From: Thalia democratica
Taxonomy: Eukaryota
Assembly (NCBI GenBank): GCA_965202585.1
Contig: OZ241834.1
Span: 7,378,001-7,442,000 of the forward strand
DNA length: 64,000 nucleotides
Direction: 5' to 3'
Shown here: positions 28,901 through 39,679 of the stretch, piece by piece
Layout: each line of letters opens with the position of its first letter
How positions within the stretch are numbered: position 1 is the first letter of the stretch
Program-made: the position numbers and the translations under genes
The notes under the pieces: generated by a model
Database searches by the model: none
The model's input: the letters and a program-made list of their open reading frames with translations, nothing else
Told to the model about the DNA's origin: nothing

Positions 28901-30825
28901 TTGAAACTCTCAAGTTCGACGTAACAACAAACATTTCACGAAAAGTCGGTTGGCTTTCTCGTTCTCGCACGTCACGTCATCACCGCTGACGTCATCGTCC
29001 GACGGCAGCTTGGCGACCTGAACGTTGTACGGGTCGAACTCGCACTCCTCCTCCCCACTCGTCTCCTCCTTCGCCTTCTCCTCGTCTATTTTGATCTTCT
29101 CCGATCTCTTCTCCAGCAGCAGCTCGAAGTTGAGGTTTTCCGCCGCCCCGGCCTCAAAGGGCACGCTCTCAGAAGCCCCGTCGAACTCCAACGTGTCTGC
29201 AACATAATTTAAGCAGTTTTTGTACAACATGTTAAATACCATATATCTGAGCCCGCTAAAAAACTAAAACAACTTTTTTTGTGCAAATGCTATTTACTCT
29301 ATTTGGTTTCGCTGCTCATGAGATACAGCTCTGCAGAGTGTGTAAATGATTGACGTTCAATAAAAAAGTATACAACATTATGTGTTTACTGTTGGATAAC
29401 CATTGTCAAATACTTGTGAGTAAAAAAAGTGCAGTATTTTTCTGATAGTAAAAATACACGCTTAAGCATGTTTAAATATATTTATATGTTTAAATATATT
29501 TATATGTTTATATTATTTTTAAATTCCAGAGACTCGATAAAGCTGTACTTTATGAGCAGTGAAACGTAGTAAGTAAATAAAGCGTACATAAACAGTTGTT
29601 TTCACTCAAACCTTATAATTTTTTATTTAAACTATTAATTACATATTATTTTTTTAATGCATGGATAAACTGTGAGATCTCGTAGTATCTATCAATGAAC
29701 AAAACTTTACTTATTTCAATCATGAGCTAGAATAAACTTGTATTTGTAAATGTAATAAGTATTCGATATATCTTTGTTTAATTAATAAAAAGATTACTAT
29801 TTTTTTCAGCTTTGTCGTAAGATTTAGTTATCGATCTATTAACTTCAGTAAACAAGCTTATACTTAACTTGGATTGAAGAACTTTAATAAACTAAAACAA
29901 TTGATTAACATTTGCTAAAAACCAAAACATTCAAAACTATTTTTTTTTGAAACAACGATTGATAATGGGTTAAACCATTTTATATAAATTTTATTTATAA
30001 AAAAAAACTACTTAAATGTGATAGTTTGAACAAAAACTTAATTTAATTTTAGTAAAACTGTTGGCAAGTATACATTTTTTACTATCTAAACTTTGTAGGT
30101 AGCGTTATAAGATTTTTTTTAATTATAACAGAAACTTAGTAAAACTACTTTTGCTTTTTGAATACTTTTTAGGTTTGTTTGACAACTTTTTACTTCCGAA
30201 CAAGACTTAGGTAAGGTATGTATTTTTTTAGTTACAAAGTTTTATACTTTACTATGCGACATTAAAATAGTGCTTTTTTTAATACGGCATGCTTGATGTA
30301 CATTTTATAACAGTAAAATTTCAAGATAGTTTAAGTGAAAATCAATAATTACTCGTTAGATTTAGTCTACTTAGCAAGAACTATTTTCTCACAAACTAAC
30401 TCCAAAATTTAAATTTTGTTATATGGGTTATTATATAAGCTGTACAGTGTACACAAAACAAACTTTGATTATAAATTCATTACTAAATACTTAAACTTTA
30501 AATATCAAAGTCTGAAAATGTAATTCTTGCTTTCAAAAAATTAAAGATAAGAATGTTTAGTGATTTTTGAAAGTTAATTTGAACAATGAAACTTTTTAAA
30601 TTAATCGTCTAAAAGAATTAGATTTTTTAAACTGACATTGATTAAAACTTTTTAGTCTTATACGTGAACATAAAATTCTTATATTTATAACATACTGATA
30701 AATAGTAACTTTTAAAGTCTTATTTCAATAAAAAATCAAACTTGTAATATACCTGCATTGAATTCATCGAAACCCGAAATAAAACAACAAAAACTAAATA
30801 AAAACAACGCTTTTATCAGCATCAT
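1357..30825 (-). CDS. PKD1: Polycystin-1 family (PKD1-like) 11-TM receptor, 53-exon model, ~3258 aa
   Basis: Hand-spliced GT-AG model, phase-consistent, CDS 9777 nt. Exons 5'->3': 30753-30825, 28933-29196, 28296-28589, 27326-27474, 26895-27035, 26362-26460, 25660-25694(uncertain), 25298-25446(5' end uncertain), 24622-24777, 24298-24418, 23483-23727, 23062-23304, 22679-22798, 22398-22572, 21966-22100, 21632-21739, 21275-21407, 20688-20945, 20173-20351, 19720-19924, 18941-19029, 18607-18773, 18458-18520, 17873-17971, 17560-17697, 16966-17052, 16572-16666, 16294-16420, 15695-15840, 15400-15520, 14754-14868, 14426-14534, 14092-14359, 13762-13911, 13316-13438, 12572-12690, 12335-12439, 11708-11835, 11032-11177, 9222-9427, 8771-8911, 8282-8467, 7811-7979, 7278-7557, 6514-6656, 6061-6154, 5577-5731, 5115-5318, 4647-4785, 3947-4371, 2117-3825, 1798-1901, 1357-1501. 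Domain order PKD repeats-REJ-GPS-TM1-PLAT-TM2-5-TOP/6TM-coiled coil is diagnostic of the family. Orthology to PKD1 rather than PKD1L1 etc. is inferred from the many PKD repeats and the PKD1-like GPS. Confidence 0.92.
2117..3825 (-). CDS. PKD1-like exon 51 (1709 nt): TOP domain, six TRP-like TM helices and basic C-tail
   Basis: Covers ORF 2030-3802. Six hydrophobic segments: VLEILSMWLLVLICL, FLLSELVFVIWFCCYSLYAL, ASVWVFGAAHLCAVVA, FLAAWFGALLLKTLM, IFSSVFIMLILVVLAYLM, FLANVALFLYYSALFF. Phase-1 acceptor at 3826; GTTGGT donor at 2116 where GC content drops abruptly. Confidence 0.85.
3947..6656 (-). CDS. PKD1-like exons 45-50: TM2-TM5 and the cytoplasmic loop
   Basis: HNLMSVFTCPQWGSLKRSQRV resembles the family HxWxSIFxRPxxSxFTRVQR motif. 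It is followed by hydrophobic segments ELVWCICISFASWLIV, FLPRFFNPVATAYHIVII and WWQSFVVASLMTFAVV. Confidence 0.82.
5808..5870 (-). repeat. SINE-like interspersed repeat, partial copy
   Basis: gctcaaaatatttggtcctaggacttggtgcacaaagaacctttcggttatcgag is shared with the other copies. Confidence 0.75.
6805..7180. mobile_element. Degenerate hAT-like MITE remnant with an internal ~163-bp direct repeat (PKD1-like intron 44)
   Basis: Left end caggaattcccaaacttttt resembles a hAT TIR. tttttgctcttcatcatcaattccagaa (6924-6955) recurs at 7086-7118. No right TIR found. Confidence 0.4.
7278..8467 (-). CDS. PKD1-like exons 42-44: TM1 and PLAT/LH2 domain
   Basis: IVALITFINVSLLMMS (TM1), LPDN, TYEIVIQTS...NVYLKM, FVATFSQSLGNLSHVTL and WAVDYVTVRDINTQKMFYFP. 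Confidence 0.88.
8559..8643 (-). repeat. SINE-like repeat, internally deleted copy
   Basis: tttattaaac...cgctcaaaac...ggttatctagtcatacaccac...tacagtttaatgtcttgtcca. Confidence 0.7.
8771..14534 (-). CDS. PKD1-like exons 32-41: GAIN domain ending in the GPS motif
   Basis: SDCYYWVEDSRIWSTNGVK|VSVDSTVEQTVCLTNHLSTF matches the GPS pattern C-x-x-W...W...C-x-x-x-H-L-[TS]-x-F. Confidence 0.88.
11166..11350. repeat. Tandem duplication (93-bp period) spanning the acceptor of PKD1-like exon 39
   Basis: tgtcataaagtctgtaacaaaacagtttta and gcaaacaaaaaacgtg each occur twice. Confidence 0.85.
13545..13650 (-). repeat. SINE-like repeat copy
   Basis: gagcgctcaaaatatttggtcctaggacctggtg...ggttatctagtc...tttaacgtctagcccaggac. 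Confidence 0.75.
14754..21407 (-). CDS. PKD1-like exons 17-31: REJ domain
   Basis: VDEICKIPNV, YSWKIV, VIPPLFLTPGNYCLDVE, VIIDASSSYDPD, RFLWEC, VHIECPLC, FEEGRSYSI and GPVDGRCAV...FCRDW are co-linear with the PKD1 REJ motifs. Confidence 0.88.
21275..29196 (-). CDS. PKD1-like exons 2-17: acidic N-terminal segment and tandem PKD/Ig-like repeats
   Basis: Repeated PKD signatures: FLHAFSTPGNYTIVVNVKNDVS, DHYIFRHEGGYSVSVSAFNKL, NHMFFIPGKYKLSVVVVNEVS, WKFNDG...VTHVFKELRLYEIKVEVSNPVS. Confidence 0.85.
30753..30825 (-). CDS. PKD1-like exon 1: signal peptide MMLIKALFLFSFCCFISGFDEFNA
   Basis: Met, Lys, then a hydrophobic core. Its phase-1 GT donor matches the phase-1 acceptor of exon 28933-29196. Confidence 0.85.
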
Positions 30826-30845
30826 TCTGATTGTTAAAAATTAAA
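30826..30845 (-). promoter_or_regulatory. Splice acceptor 1 nt upstream of the PKD1-like ATG
   Basis: tttttaacaatcag|aATG. Confidence 0.45.
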
Positions 30846-32076
30846 ATCATAATAATAAATAGAAGTGTTTCATTATTTTTGTTTTACTTTTTGTAATAAA
30901 CATGTGATCATATTTTTATTATGAACGAAGGCTCGGTAAAGCACAAATTTCTAAATACCCTTCGGCGAATTTCAACTACTGATGCGTAAACTCAGGTCTG
31001 TTTATGACGATATAATAAGCGTAGTGACAATCATTAGTAAAAACATTAGACAACTTGTAGAAGCACAATCAACTGATCAAAAATATTCTAAGACTTTAAA
31101 AAAATCTTAAGGTGTGACACAAATATTTTGTTGCTTAATAGATTATAAATAGTTTCTTAATAATTATCCTAGTAAATTTCTGTTTATAAGGTTATTTTTT
31201 ATTATTGTTTTCAAAGTTTTTTATTATAAATTTATAAAATTGTTTTGTTAATTTAATTTTGTAAGTTATCTTTAAATGAATTACTAATAAATTTAAATTT
31301 GTTTTAGTCAGCAAACTTGCTCTACTATTTTATTAAAAATGAGTGTAAGACGTCGACGGTTTGTTTTTCAATATATAATGTTTTAAAATGAAAAACCAAC
31401 ATCTAAAATTTAAAGAAGTACAAAAATATTTTTAAATACTCAACTACTAGTGATTGAGAAAAAATCCTAATAGAAAAAATTGCACAAAAAACGATAAAAA
31501 ACTTTAACAAGTAAGGAAACAAATTTACAAAAATGTTTGTATCACAATTTGAAATATAAATAAAAAATACATGCTACATCATATTTAAGTACGTATAGTC
31601 TAAGTAAAAACAAACATTAACAGACTAAGTATATACAATAAAAGGTATGTATTTGAGCTTATCTATACATTTTTAGTATCGTAAAATCCGCTAAGTACCA
31701 AAAATTAGTTCTATTAATATATTTATTAAAGATACGCACTAGATTTGGAAACTTTAGTAACACTAGATTTATATATAAAATTTCATTAGTAAACAAACCT
31801 ACAAATGTTATAATTTTATAGTATTTTTAAGTGTACAAGGTATTTAAGTTTATAAAAAGATGTCAAAATAAACTTTATAGAATTAAAACATAAGATATAT
31901 GTATTTAAAATGTATATATTATTGCTTATATTTTTTTTATAAACGAGTGCAAACTTTAAGAAAGACTGTTATATAACTGTAAAACTTATAAGTTATCTAT
32001 TTCTACCTAAATTAAAATATAGCACCGTGTTTTTTTTCTTTTTAAAGTCTGTATTTAACTTTATGGTTATCTAAAG

Positions 32077-32566
32077 CAGTGGTCGTCAAGCTTATCAAAT
32101 TCTGTGTACACCAAGCGGCAAAAAATAAAATTGGTGCACCCCAAGATATAATTTTAATAAGCGCCGCTAGTGGTGGGACTACGCAAACACTTTTATTTGT
32201 ACATTTCTCCTTAAAAGTCATATTTCAGTTAGTATTTACATGCAAACCGTTTAAAAACTGAAGCTGAAACATTTTTGTTTGATCCTATTTTTAATTACCT
32301 CTTTATTTGTTTTACCTTATTTTCACAATGATATTTTAGTTATATGGTCTTACATACTTATTAATTGAACACTTCTCCGCAATTACTACAAAATCCCCAG
32401 TTCAGTATTTTTTAAATGTTTTATTAAATATTAACTACATACTTAATCTAACTCTATGTATTTTTTTTGTAATCTCAAATTTTTGTGCACCTCTAAATGA
32501 GTTTCGTGTACCCTAAAAACTTCGTGCACCCCAAAAAAAGTTTCGTGTATACCTTGATGACCACTA
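32077..32566. mobile_element. hAT-type MITE (490 bp)
   Basis: TIRs cagtggtcgtcaag / cttgatgaccacta; 8-bp TSD atctaaag / ttctaaag; subterminal gtgcacc/gtgtacc repeats. Confidence 0.85.
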
Positions 32567-33713
32567 TTCTAAAGTTTACATTTTGGAGTTACATTTTGGA
32601 GTTATTTTCTGGAATAATAACGGATTTCAAAGTTTTTGTGTATTTTAATAACATATTTTTTTGATTTGTTGATTTTTTTTTTTAATATTTTAATTAAGAA
32701 AACTAGTATAATTTGCTAACAATCGATGATTTAGGAATATTTACATAAAAAATAAAACTTAAAGATGTAAAAGTTTTTCAAAACTGTAATTTTACTAAAC
32801 TTTTTTATTCTATATTATTTTTTAAAGGCTGATATTTTAGCAGTCTTACTTTGTATAGTTTTATTACCAAAGTACTATCTTAACTTTTTAAAGAGTTAGT
32901 TTTACTGCAATGATAATTCAATATGTGCTAACTATAAAAATACTAGCAAAAATAACATACTTTGCTAAGTTATCATGGTTATACTTGAATAAGCATGCAA
33001 AAATATTTTAATAAAAACACTAACCAAATTGTAAGTTTACATTTAAAACTCGTTAAAAGTTTATGAAAACATTTCAACTAAAAACATTATTATCGTTTTT
33101 AAATTAGTTGTAAAGACTCTGCCTACCATTTTAAGTTACCTACATAAGCTTGGTCTATACTTAGTCTAATTCAAGACAACCATTGTTTATTTTCTAATGT
33201 ATTTTTTTTTTCAGTTTGCATTTCAACGAGTTAAATTAACAATTTAAAATAAAAACTTAACATGGACAACTGATTTGAAAAACATATTTGCACAAGCGTT
33301 AGCTTTCTTATGTTGACTTACTGAAAAAACATTTTGTTTTCTTAGATTAAAATGTTTTTAGATTTTGATATTGCATTAAGCTTGTAAGACGTAACTACCA
33401 AAAAAAAATCTTTAACAAAAGATTTATTAGTTTATTGAGTTAAAATACTTATGTGAAAAAGCCAGATTTTACGTATATTTATTGTTTTTATCTGTCTATT
33501 AGTTAAGTAAAAGTTTTTGGTTACAGCTAAGTATTCTCTTAATATTATTCATTACTTATAATTTTGAACGTAACTATAATAACAAGGGAAAAAACTTTAA
33601 TAAAAGCTATAATAGTTGCCGTAATATTTCTAACACGAGTAGAATTTCACCTAAATAAATAAAAACTATAGCAATTATACACGACAGTAGGGAGATCTTT
33701 AAATGGTACATAA

Positions 33714-34610
33714 AAAACCTGTAACACAGGTTATAGACGGTCTAACCTACCCAAAACGGTAAACATTTCGGAAAACAAAAATACTCCAAGGCTAAATATA
33801 AATAACAAAACTTTGAGTTTATTACGCGATAAAAGCTTACAGAAGACACGCAAATCTTACAAAGAAAATAAAAACGTTCGTCCTAAGTCTAAAAATATCC
33901 AGCAGTTTACCTCTGCTGACAGTAACCATTTTATTTCTGATCCTATTAAAAATAGAGAATATTACATTGCAAAAATTAATAATACAGAGGCAAAACCGTC
34001 TAATTTGAGAACACAAAAAAAACCTCATTCCTTATAAATTTCTTGATATACTTTTCATTTTAAAAGCAATGTTTATTACATTAACTCTTTTAGGACGCAA
34101 GTTCTTTATTCGTCTACAAAAGTTTCATTCGACAAGACAAAAATATCTTATTGTTTTTATGAAATAATACGACATTCTAAAATCGTCGACAATGAGCAGT
34201 TTAATACTGCTAATAATAGTAATAATATTGCTAAATATATTCTAAATGCGAATAAATATAAAAACGCTACTATGAAGAAAACGACTCAACAAACTATGAA
34301 TGCTGAGGATGAGAATCTGCCTACTGTAGCAGATTCCTCAGCCAAAAATGCTTTTGAAATTAACAAGGAAGATTTACATAAACAAAAGCAGACTAAAGAG
34401 ACACAACTGCAACCAATACGCCAGGTGACAACATTGCATCTTAAACAACAAGAATCAGACTCTGGCTATTCAGACACAAAGTCAGAAAGCAGTGAGTTTA
34501 GCTACAATTCAACGTACGACGGGAAAACTCTGAAATAGCCTCGTACATCGGTTCCGAGCGACCTTACATTTAACAAAAAAACAATTTTTGATGGACGATT
34601 GGGCTCCTAA
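33714..34610 (+). pseudogene. Decayed single-frame coding relic (~299 codons, 3 internal stops), product unknown
   Basis: ORFs 33813-34037 and 34272-34538 and their flanks share one frame. Internal stops occur only at 34035, 34044 and 34536. Confidence 0.6.
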
Positions 34611-37255
34611 AAAAAGTTAGTTCTTAATAAAAAACTTTAGTTTTTTAAATGCACATGTTTAAAGAAAATGTTAAAGCAAAATATTAACATTACAGTTGTT
34701 TGACTTGCAAATGTATTTTTATGTAAGATTGATGCATGTTTTTTAAACTTTTTCGAACATTGAGATATTAATTTGAGTAAAAACTTTGTTCTAGATCTAC
34801 TAGCTTTTTTTAATCTAATAAATTAAAATTTAATCTGACTAAAATTTTCAAATTTTGCATTTCAGCCGGTGCATTTAGCAAAATTTTTCGTTATAAAATA
34901 AATTGAATTAAAATATTAAACTTACAACGCTAAGTCGCACTTGAGAAGCGTTTTTATAACTTTAGCAATACTAGTCGTAAAACTTTAAGATTGCTTTAGC
35001 TGTAGATTTTTCAATTATAAAATTATCGCTCATAGACAGAAATGCGTTTTCCGCACACGACTAGTTTATACAGCTCAAGCGGCAATAAAACATCTTAAAA
35101 TATAAAATAACCGAATTAAATAAAATACAATTAAAAATTTGTTGAGTTTAATGAAAACTCTTACTATTGCAAAAACACGTTAAGTAGAAGAGAAAAAGAT
35201 TAATGAGCAATTAAAACAATTTTCACTATATTTACAAAGACTTTACCACGCTTTAAAGTATATTTTTACTCAAAAAAAAGCATTATACTTCAGTTAAACT
35301 CTTGAGAAACAAACACAAGCTACACGACACAAAACATTGACGTTTCACATTGTGACGAACTACAGCAGAGAAATTCCAAATTTAAATTAAGTAAACTCGC
35401 AATAAAACTTCAAATTGATTTATAAAAGAGAACTTCATTGTAAGTTTAACTTGTTTTTGGCTTTTAAAAAATAGCTATCAAGTACTTTAAAATTGGCAAT
35501 CACAGAACAGTACATAAAGTTGTTTAGCTAAGAAAATTTTGGGAATAACATTTTCAAAACCAAAACGATAACTAAAACTGCAGATCTTTAAGTGTTAAAA
35601 GCTTTATCTTACTTATATACTTTATTCCACTATTTCCCAGCATTTCACTTCACAGACAAATTAATTTTAGTTTTCTTGTTTTTTAGAACAAGAAAATTAT
35701 GAAATGTTTTAATATTGGGAGTTACTGAACAATATGAAACTCTTTAGATAAAAAAATTGGGAAAAACAACTTGTCAACACTGGAAGATTGAAACTTATAA
35801 ATGCAGCTGCAAATTCTAAACTGTCAAAAGTTGTCCTTTATACATTTTATTTCAAAGCTTTCTACAAAAGGAAACTTCATTTCACAGTTTAAACTGTTCT
35901 TGTTTTCGAATTAAATAACTACAAACATTGTAACAGTGGGAGTAAGCGATGCCATACCATTATTTTTTATTTAAGGAAAATTCGTATTAATTTTTTCAAC
36001 ACCAAGAAACTGAGTTTTTTGACTATTAAAAGCTAACTTTATGTACAACATTTCTAACAAGAAATTTCATTTCACTATTACATTTACCAATAAAATACTC
36101 GTTAAACGATTATAAAGACGAATTTAAGTTTAAGCAAATGTTAAACAACAAATTATGAAGTTCTTGAAAGCTTAACTTAAGCTAGGGCAGTAGTTAATTT
36201 CGACAACAAACGAACTAACTAAAATGATTAAACGAATTTATTTTGAACTATATGTTTGTTTATTAAATGATTTCATGATAAGATTGCACGACAGTCAAAA
36301 GGTTAGTCCAAGTCTAAAATTTATTCAAATTGAATTAAACTGCTCTTATGGGAAAGTTTATCAAAATTATTTGGGAGTTTAATTTTTTATCGAAAATCCG
36401 CATTAAAAATTTCTTAGACAAAGTAAATTTCTTTATGACATTGCGAACAAAATTTGCTACCAATATTCATCGATGAAATAGTTTAAAAAATTCAACGAAG
36501 TCAAACAGTGTTAACTATCCACTTATTACAGTACATTGTTTACAAAATTTATCGAAGTCGTCATGTAAGTATAATTTAATCCTTAAAAATAGTGCCTTTG
36601 ACGCAATGGCAACGAGTACAATAAAAACATAACTTCTACAAAATAAGGTTACACTAATACAACGTAACTATAAAACTTACAATGAAAGATAAATGCACGT
36701 ATGCCAATAATAACACCACTATAAATTAGCTGCTTAAATTCTCAAGCGTAAACACTTTTACAGCACTTTTAAATTAAGTTAACAACTACGAAGAAATAAC
36801 TATAATAAAATCAAAAACAAACAAAGAGCTTTTTTAGGATTATGGCTTGAATATTATCGGTCAATCTTTTGTTTTGCCTTACAGAACAGTATAAGCTAAT
36901 AGTGTTTATTAACGAGTCAAAAATAATATACGTTTGTTGTGACAACCGTTAAGCTAGTCGACAATTGCTCTTACATACAACGTTAAACGCTGAAATGCAA
37001 AGTTTTTTTTATCGCTCAATGTAGTTGAACATAGATACTCGAGGTAGCACTGCTAACATTCATCAATGAAGGTTTTTAATTGTACTAAAAACTTTTTTTA
37101 ACGACTAGCTTATAGAATAACGCTCTAACTCAAAAAGTTGTTTCTTAACGATCGAGAAAAATATTTAAATTAACCAAAAAAAATTTGAAAGTCTTTGTTT
37201 TCTTATATAAAAAATACGAAAATAGACAACTTTTACTTTTTATTTTACCAATGTT

Positions 37256-38514
37256 CAGGGTTCGTGCGCAAAATTTTTTTCATTTAGCCTGACTGAGAAC
37301 AATTTAGCCTGACATTTTTTCAAAGTAAGGAAAACCCCCTTTAGAAGTCAATTTAGGTATTGGGGGGTCTTGATTAGTACTATTGTAGTCTCTGACTTCA
37401 ACAAGCTTTATCTAAAAAGTATTTTGAGCATTAAAAATCTGCAAAAAGCAACTCATAGCTTAGCTACAACTCAATAAAATAAGACTAAATTGTGAACAAG
37501 GTGATTTAACCCCCCTATGCCCTTTACATAACAAATTCAGTGATAAATTTTAAAATAAGTGTTATATCTAATCTATTACTAGTGAACAAATTTAATATAT
37601 ATTACTAAACACAATTGTTCAATTTAATTAAGCACTAAGTAAAAACATTGTAACCAGAAGATTTAAAATAAATTGACGTGCATTGTCGCGTTTTAATAAA
37701 ATTTAAAATGAAACGTTTACACGAGTATTAAGTATTAAAATAAGCAAAAATGTTTATTATAGTATTTTGACTAATACTTAAAATTGATACATAATTATGA
37801 ATCCTAAACTATAAATACAGTGATTGTTGACGTCGTATCAGAATTAAAAAGCTTACTTTTAAATAAAAAACCTTTAATATTTTGTTTTTGGAAAGAAAAA
37901 TTAATTGTACCTAAAGTTTATACTCCCACAAAACTTAGAACTTATATCTTAAAGCTAAGTTTTAGTGTTGTAAATGTCTCTAATAACTTTAAAATATATG
38001 AATAAACCGCTAAGAGTTTTAATATAAAAAGTATTTGGTATAAAGCCTTTAAATTAGGAATTAAAAAAGTTCAACTAACTAAGCTCTGAAAAACATAGCT
38101 GACGTAAACAAATTCAAACAAACAGCAAAGTTGTTGAACTAAACTGTAATGTTTAATTTTTTTATGAAGTTTCATAATTATGACGTATATAATCTACTCA
38201 AAACAAAATAATAGAGATTCTTAAACTTTTTTAGAGATTCAATAAAAGGTCTTAAGCATTTATATTTACAAATACTGACTGATTTGTCTTTAATAACTAA
38301 ATCTTTATTTAGAAATAAATTCATATTTCAATTTGATCTTAAAAAATTTCTCAACTTTTTTTAATCAAAAATTTTGAAGCATTTGAACTGAGAAAAACTG
38401 AGATTCTCAAACTTTTAAATAAAAAAACTGATTTAGCCTGACGTTTTTCAACTTTTTTCAAAAAACTGATTTAGCCTGACTTAGCCTGATTTAGCCTGAC
38501 GCGCACGAACCCTG
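37256..38514. mobile_element. Non-autonomous DNA transposon (1259 bp) with perfect 14-bp TIRs and a 6-bp TSD
   Basis: cagggttcgtgcgc (37256-37269) / gcgcacgaaccctg (38501-38514); aatgtt on both flanks; subterminal TTTAGCCTGAC repeats. Confidence 0.88.
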
Positions 38515-39679
38515 AATGTTGTTTCTCAATGAGTTGTTAAACTTGATGTTTGAGAGGGTAAAGAACAGAAGGCACATTAGCCGTATTCAATCTATCATAT
38601 ACTAATTATTTAGCCTAAATTGTCAAATTCCAGGTTTTTCCAGCTTTTTTGGCAACCCTGGTTAATATGAAAATACTAACTTTTTTACGGTGTGCCTACT
38701 GACCACTAAGAACAAACCCATAAACAGTTCAGTTTAGCTTTATAAGAAAACTTTTAACCTCATAGTCTTTGTAAGTATAAAAAACAAAACTATTTAAAAA
38801 ACAATAATACTTATTTTTTAAACATTCTTAAGCTCTCTAAGTTTCCTGTACAATGTATAAAGTTTATATGTCTATGCATATAAATGCTTAATTTGGCATG
38901 CACTAAATAAACATAGTATAAAATAATAGGTTTATAATTAAATATACTATATTAGTTTAATATCTAACAGTTTTGACTAAATTGTACCACTTATTGTCAA
39001 ATGTAAGTAAAATTCTTTGTTCACAGTAAACGATTTGTAACGATTAAAGAAATCAATTGGAAAAAATAAATTAATCAAAGAGAGAATAACTTATAAACAA
39101 AACTTCTTTGAAAATGTTTAATACATACAGCTTTTTAGTATGCATTCTAGACTGTTATTTTTTACCCTTATAAACAAATTTTAATTTACTATAATTTAGT
39201 CTACAAATTTAAAAATGATGTATTTAAAAGTTTTTCAAACGAGTAAAGGATCAAATATACAGAAGAGGTTTTTTTCTCATATGATTCTAACAGAAACGAA
39301 GTAAAAAAGCAAAATTTAAATAAAAAAAGCTAAATAAAGCAGCTTCATCAAAACTTTGATGTTTCAAATAAATGTAGAAATTTCTAATTTTACTTAAAAG
39401 ATCTGTTTAGAGTGCGAATGTAAAAGTAATTTGCATAAAATAAAAGCATGTCTTTAAAACCTCAGACTTCGGTGTTTTTGTCAATACGCTCAAAACAATT
39501 TTTAATGTTTTTGTCAATACAACTTAAACATAAGTTAGAAATTAAAAAAATAAGTAAAAGTTAACATTTTAAACTACAAAAAAATTCAAGAAATTTTTCA
39601 ATATCTAAATACATGCACAAGTCATTAAAAACTATAGCAGTAAAAACAACGAAAGCTTTCAATTAAACAACTTAAATAA

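Noticed and set aside
36595-36616. Possible RFX X-box (caatggcaac) for a ciliary gene
   Set aside because: Only a half-site, and 5.8 kb from the PKD1-like start; chance level.
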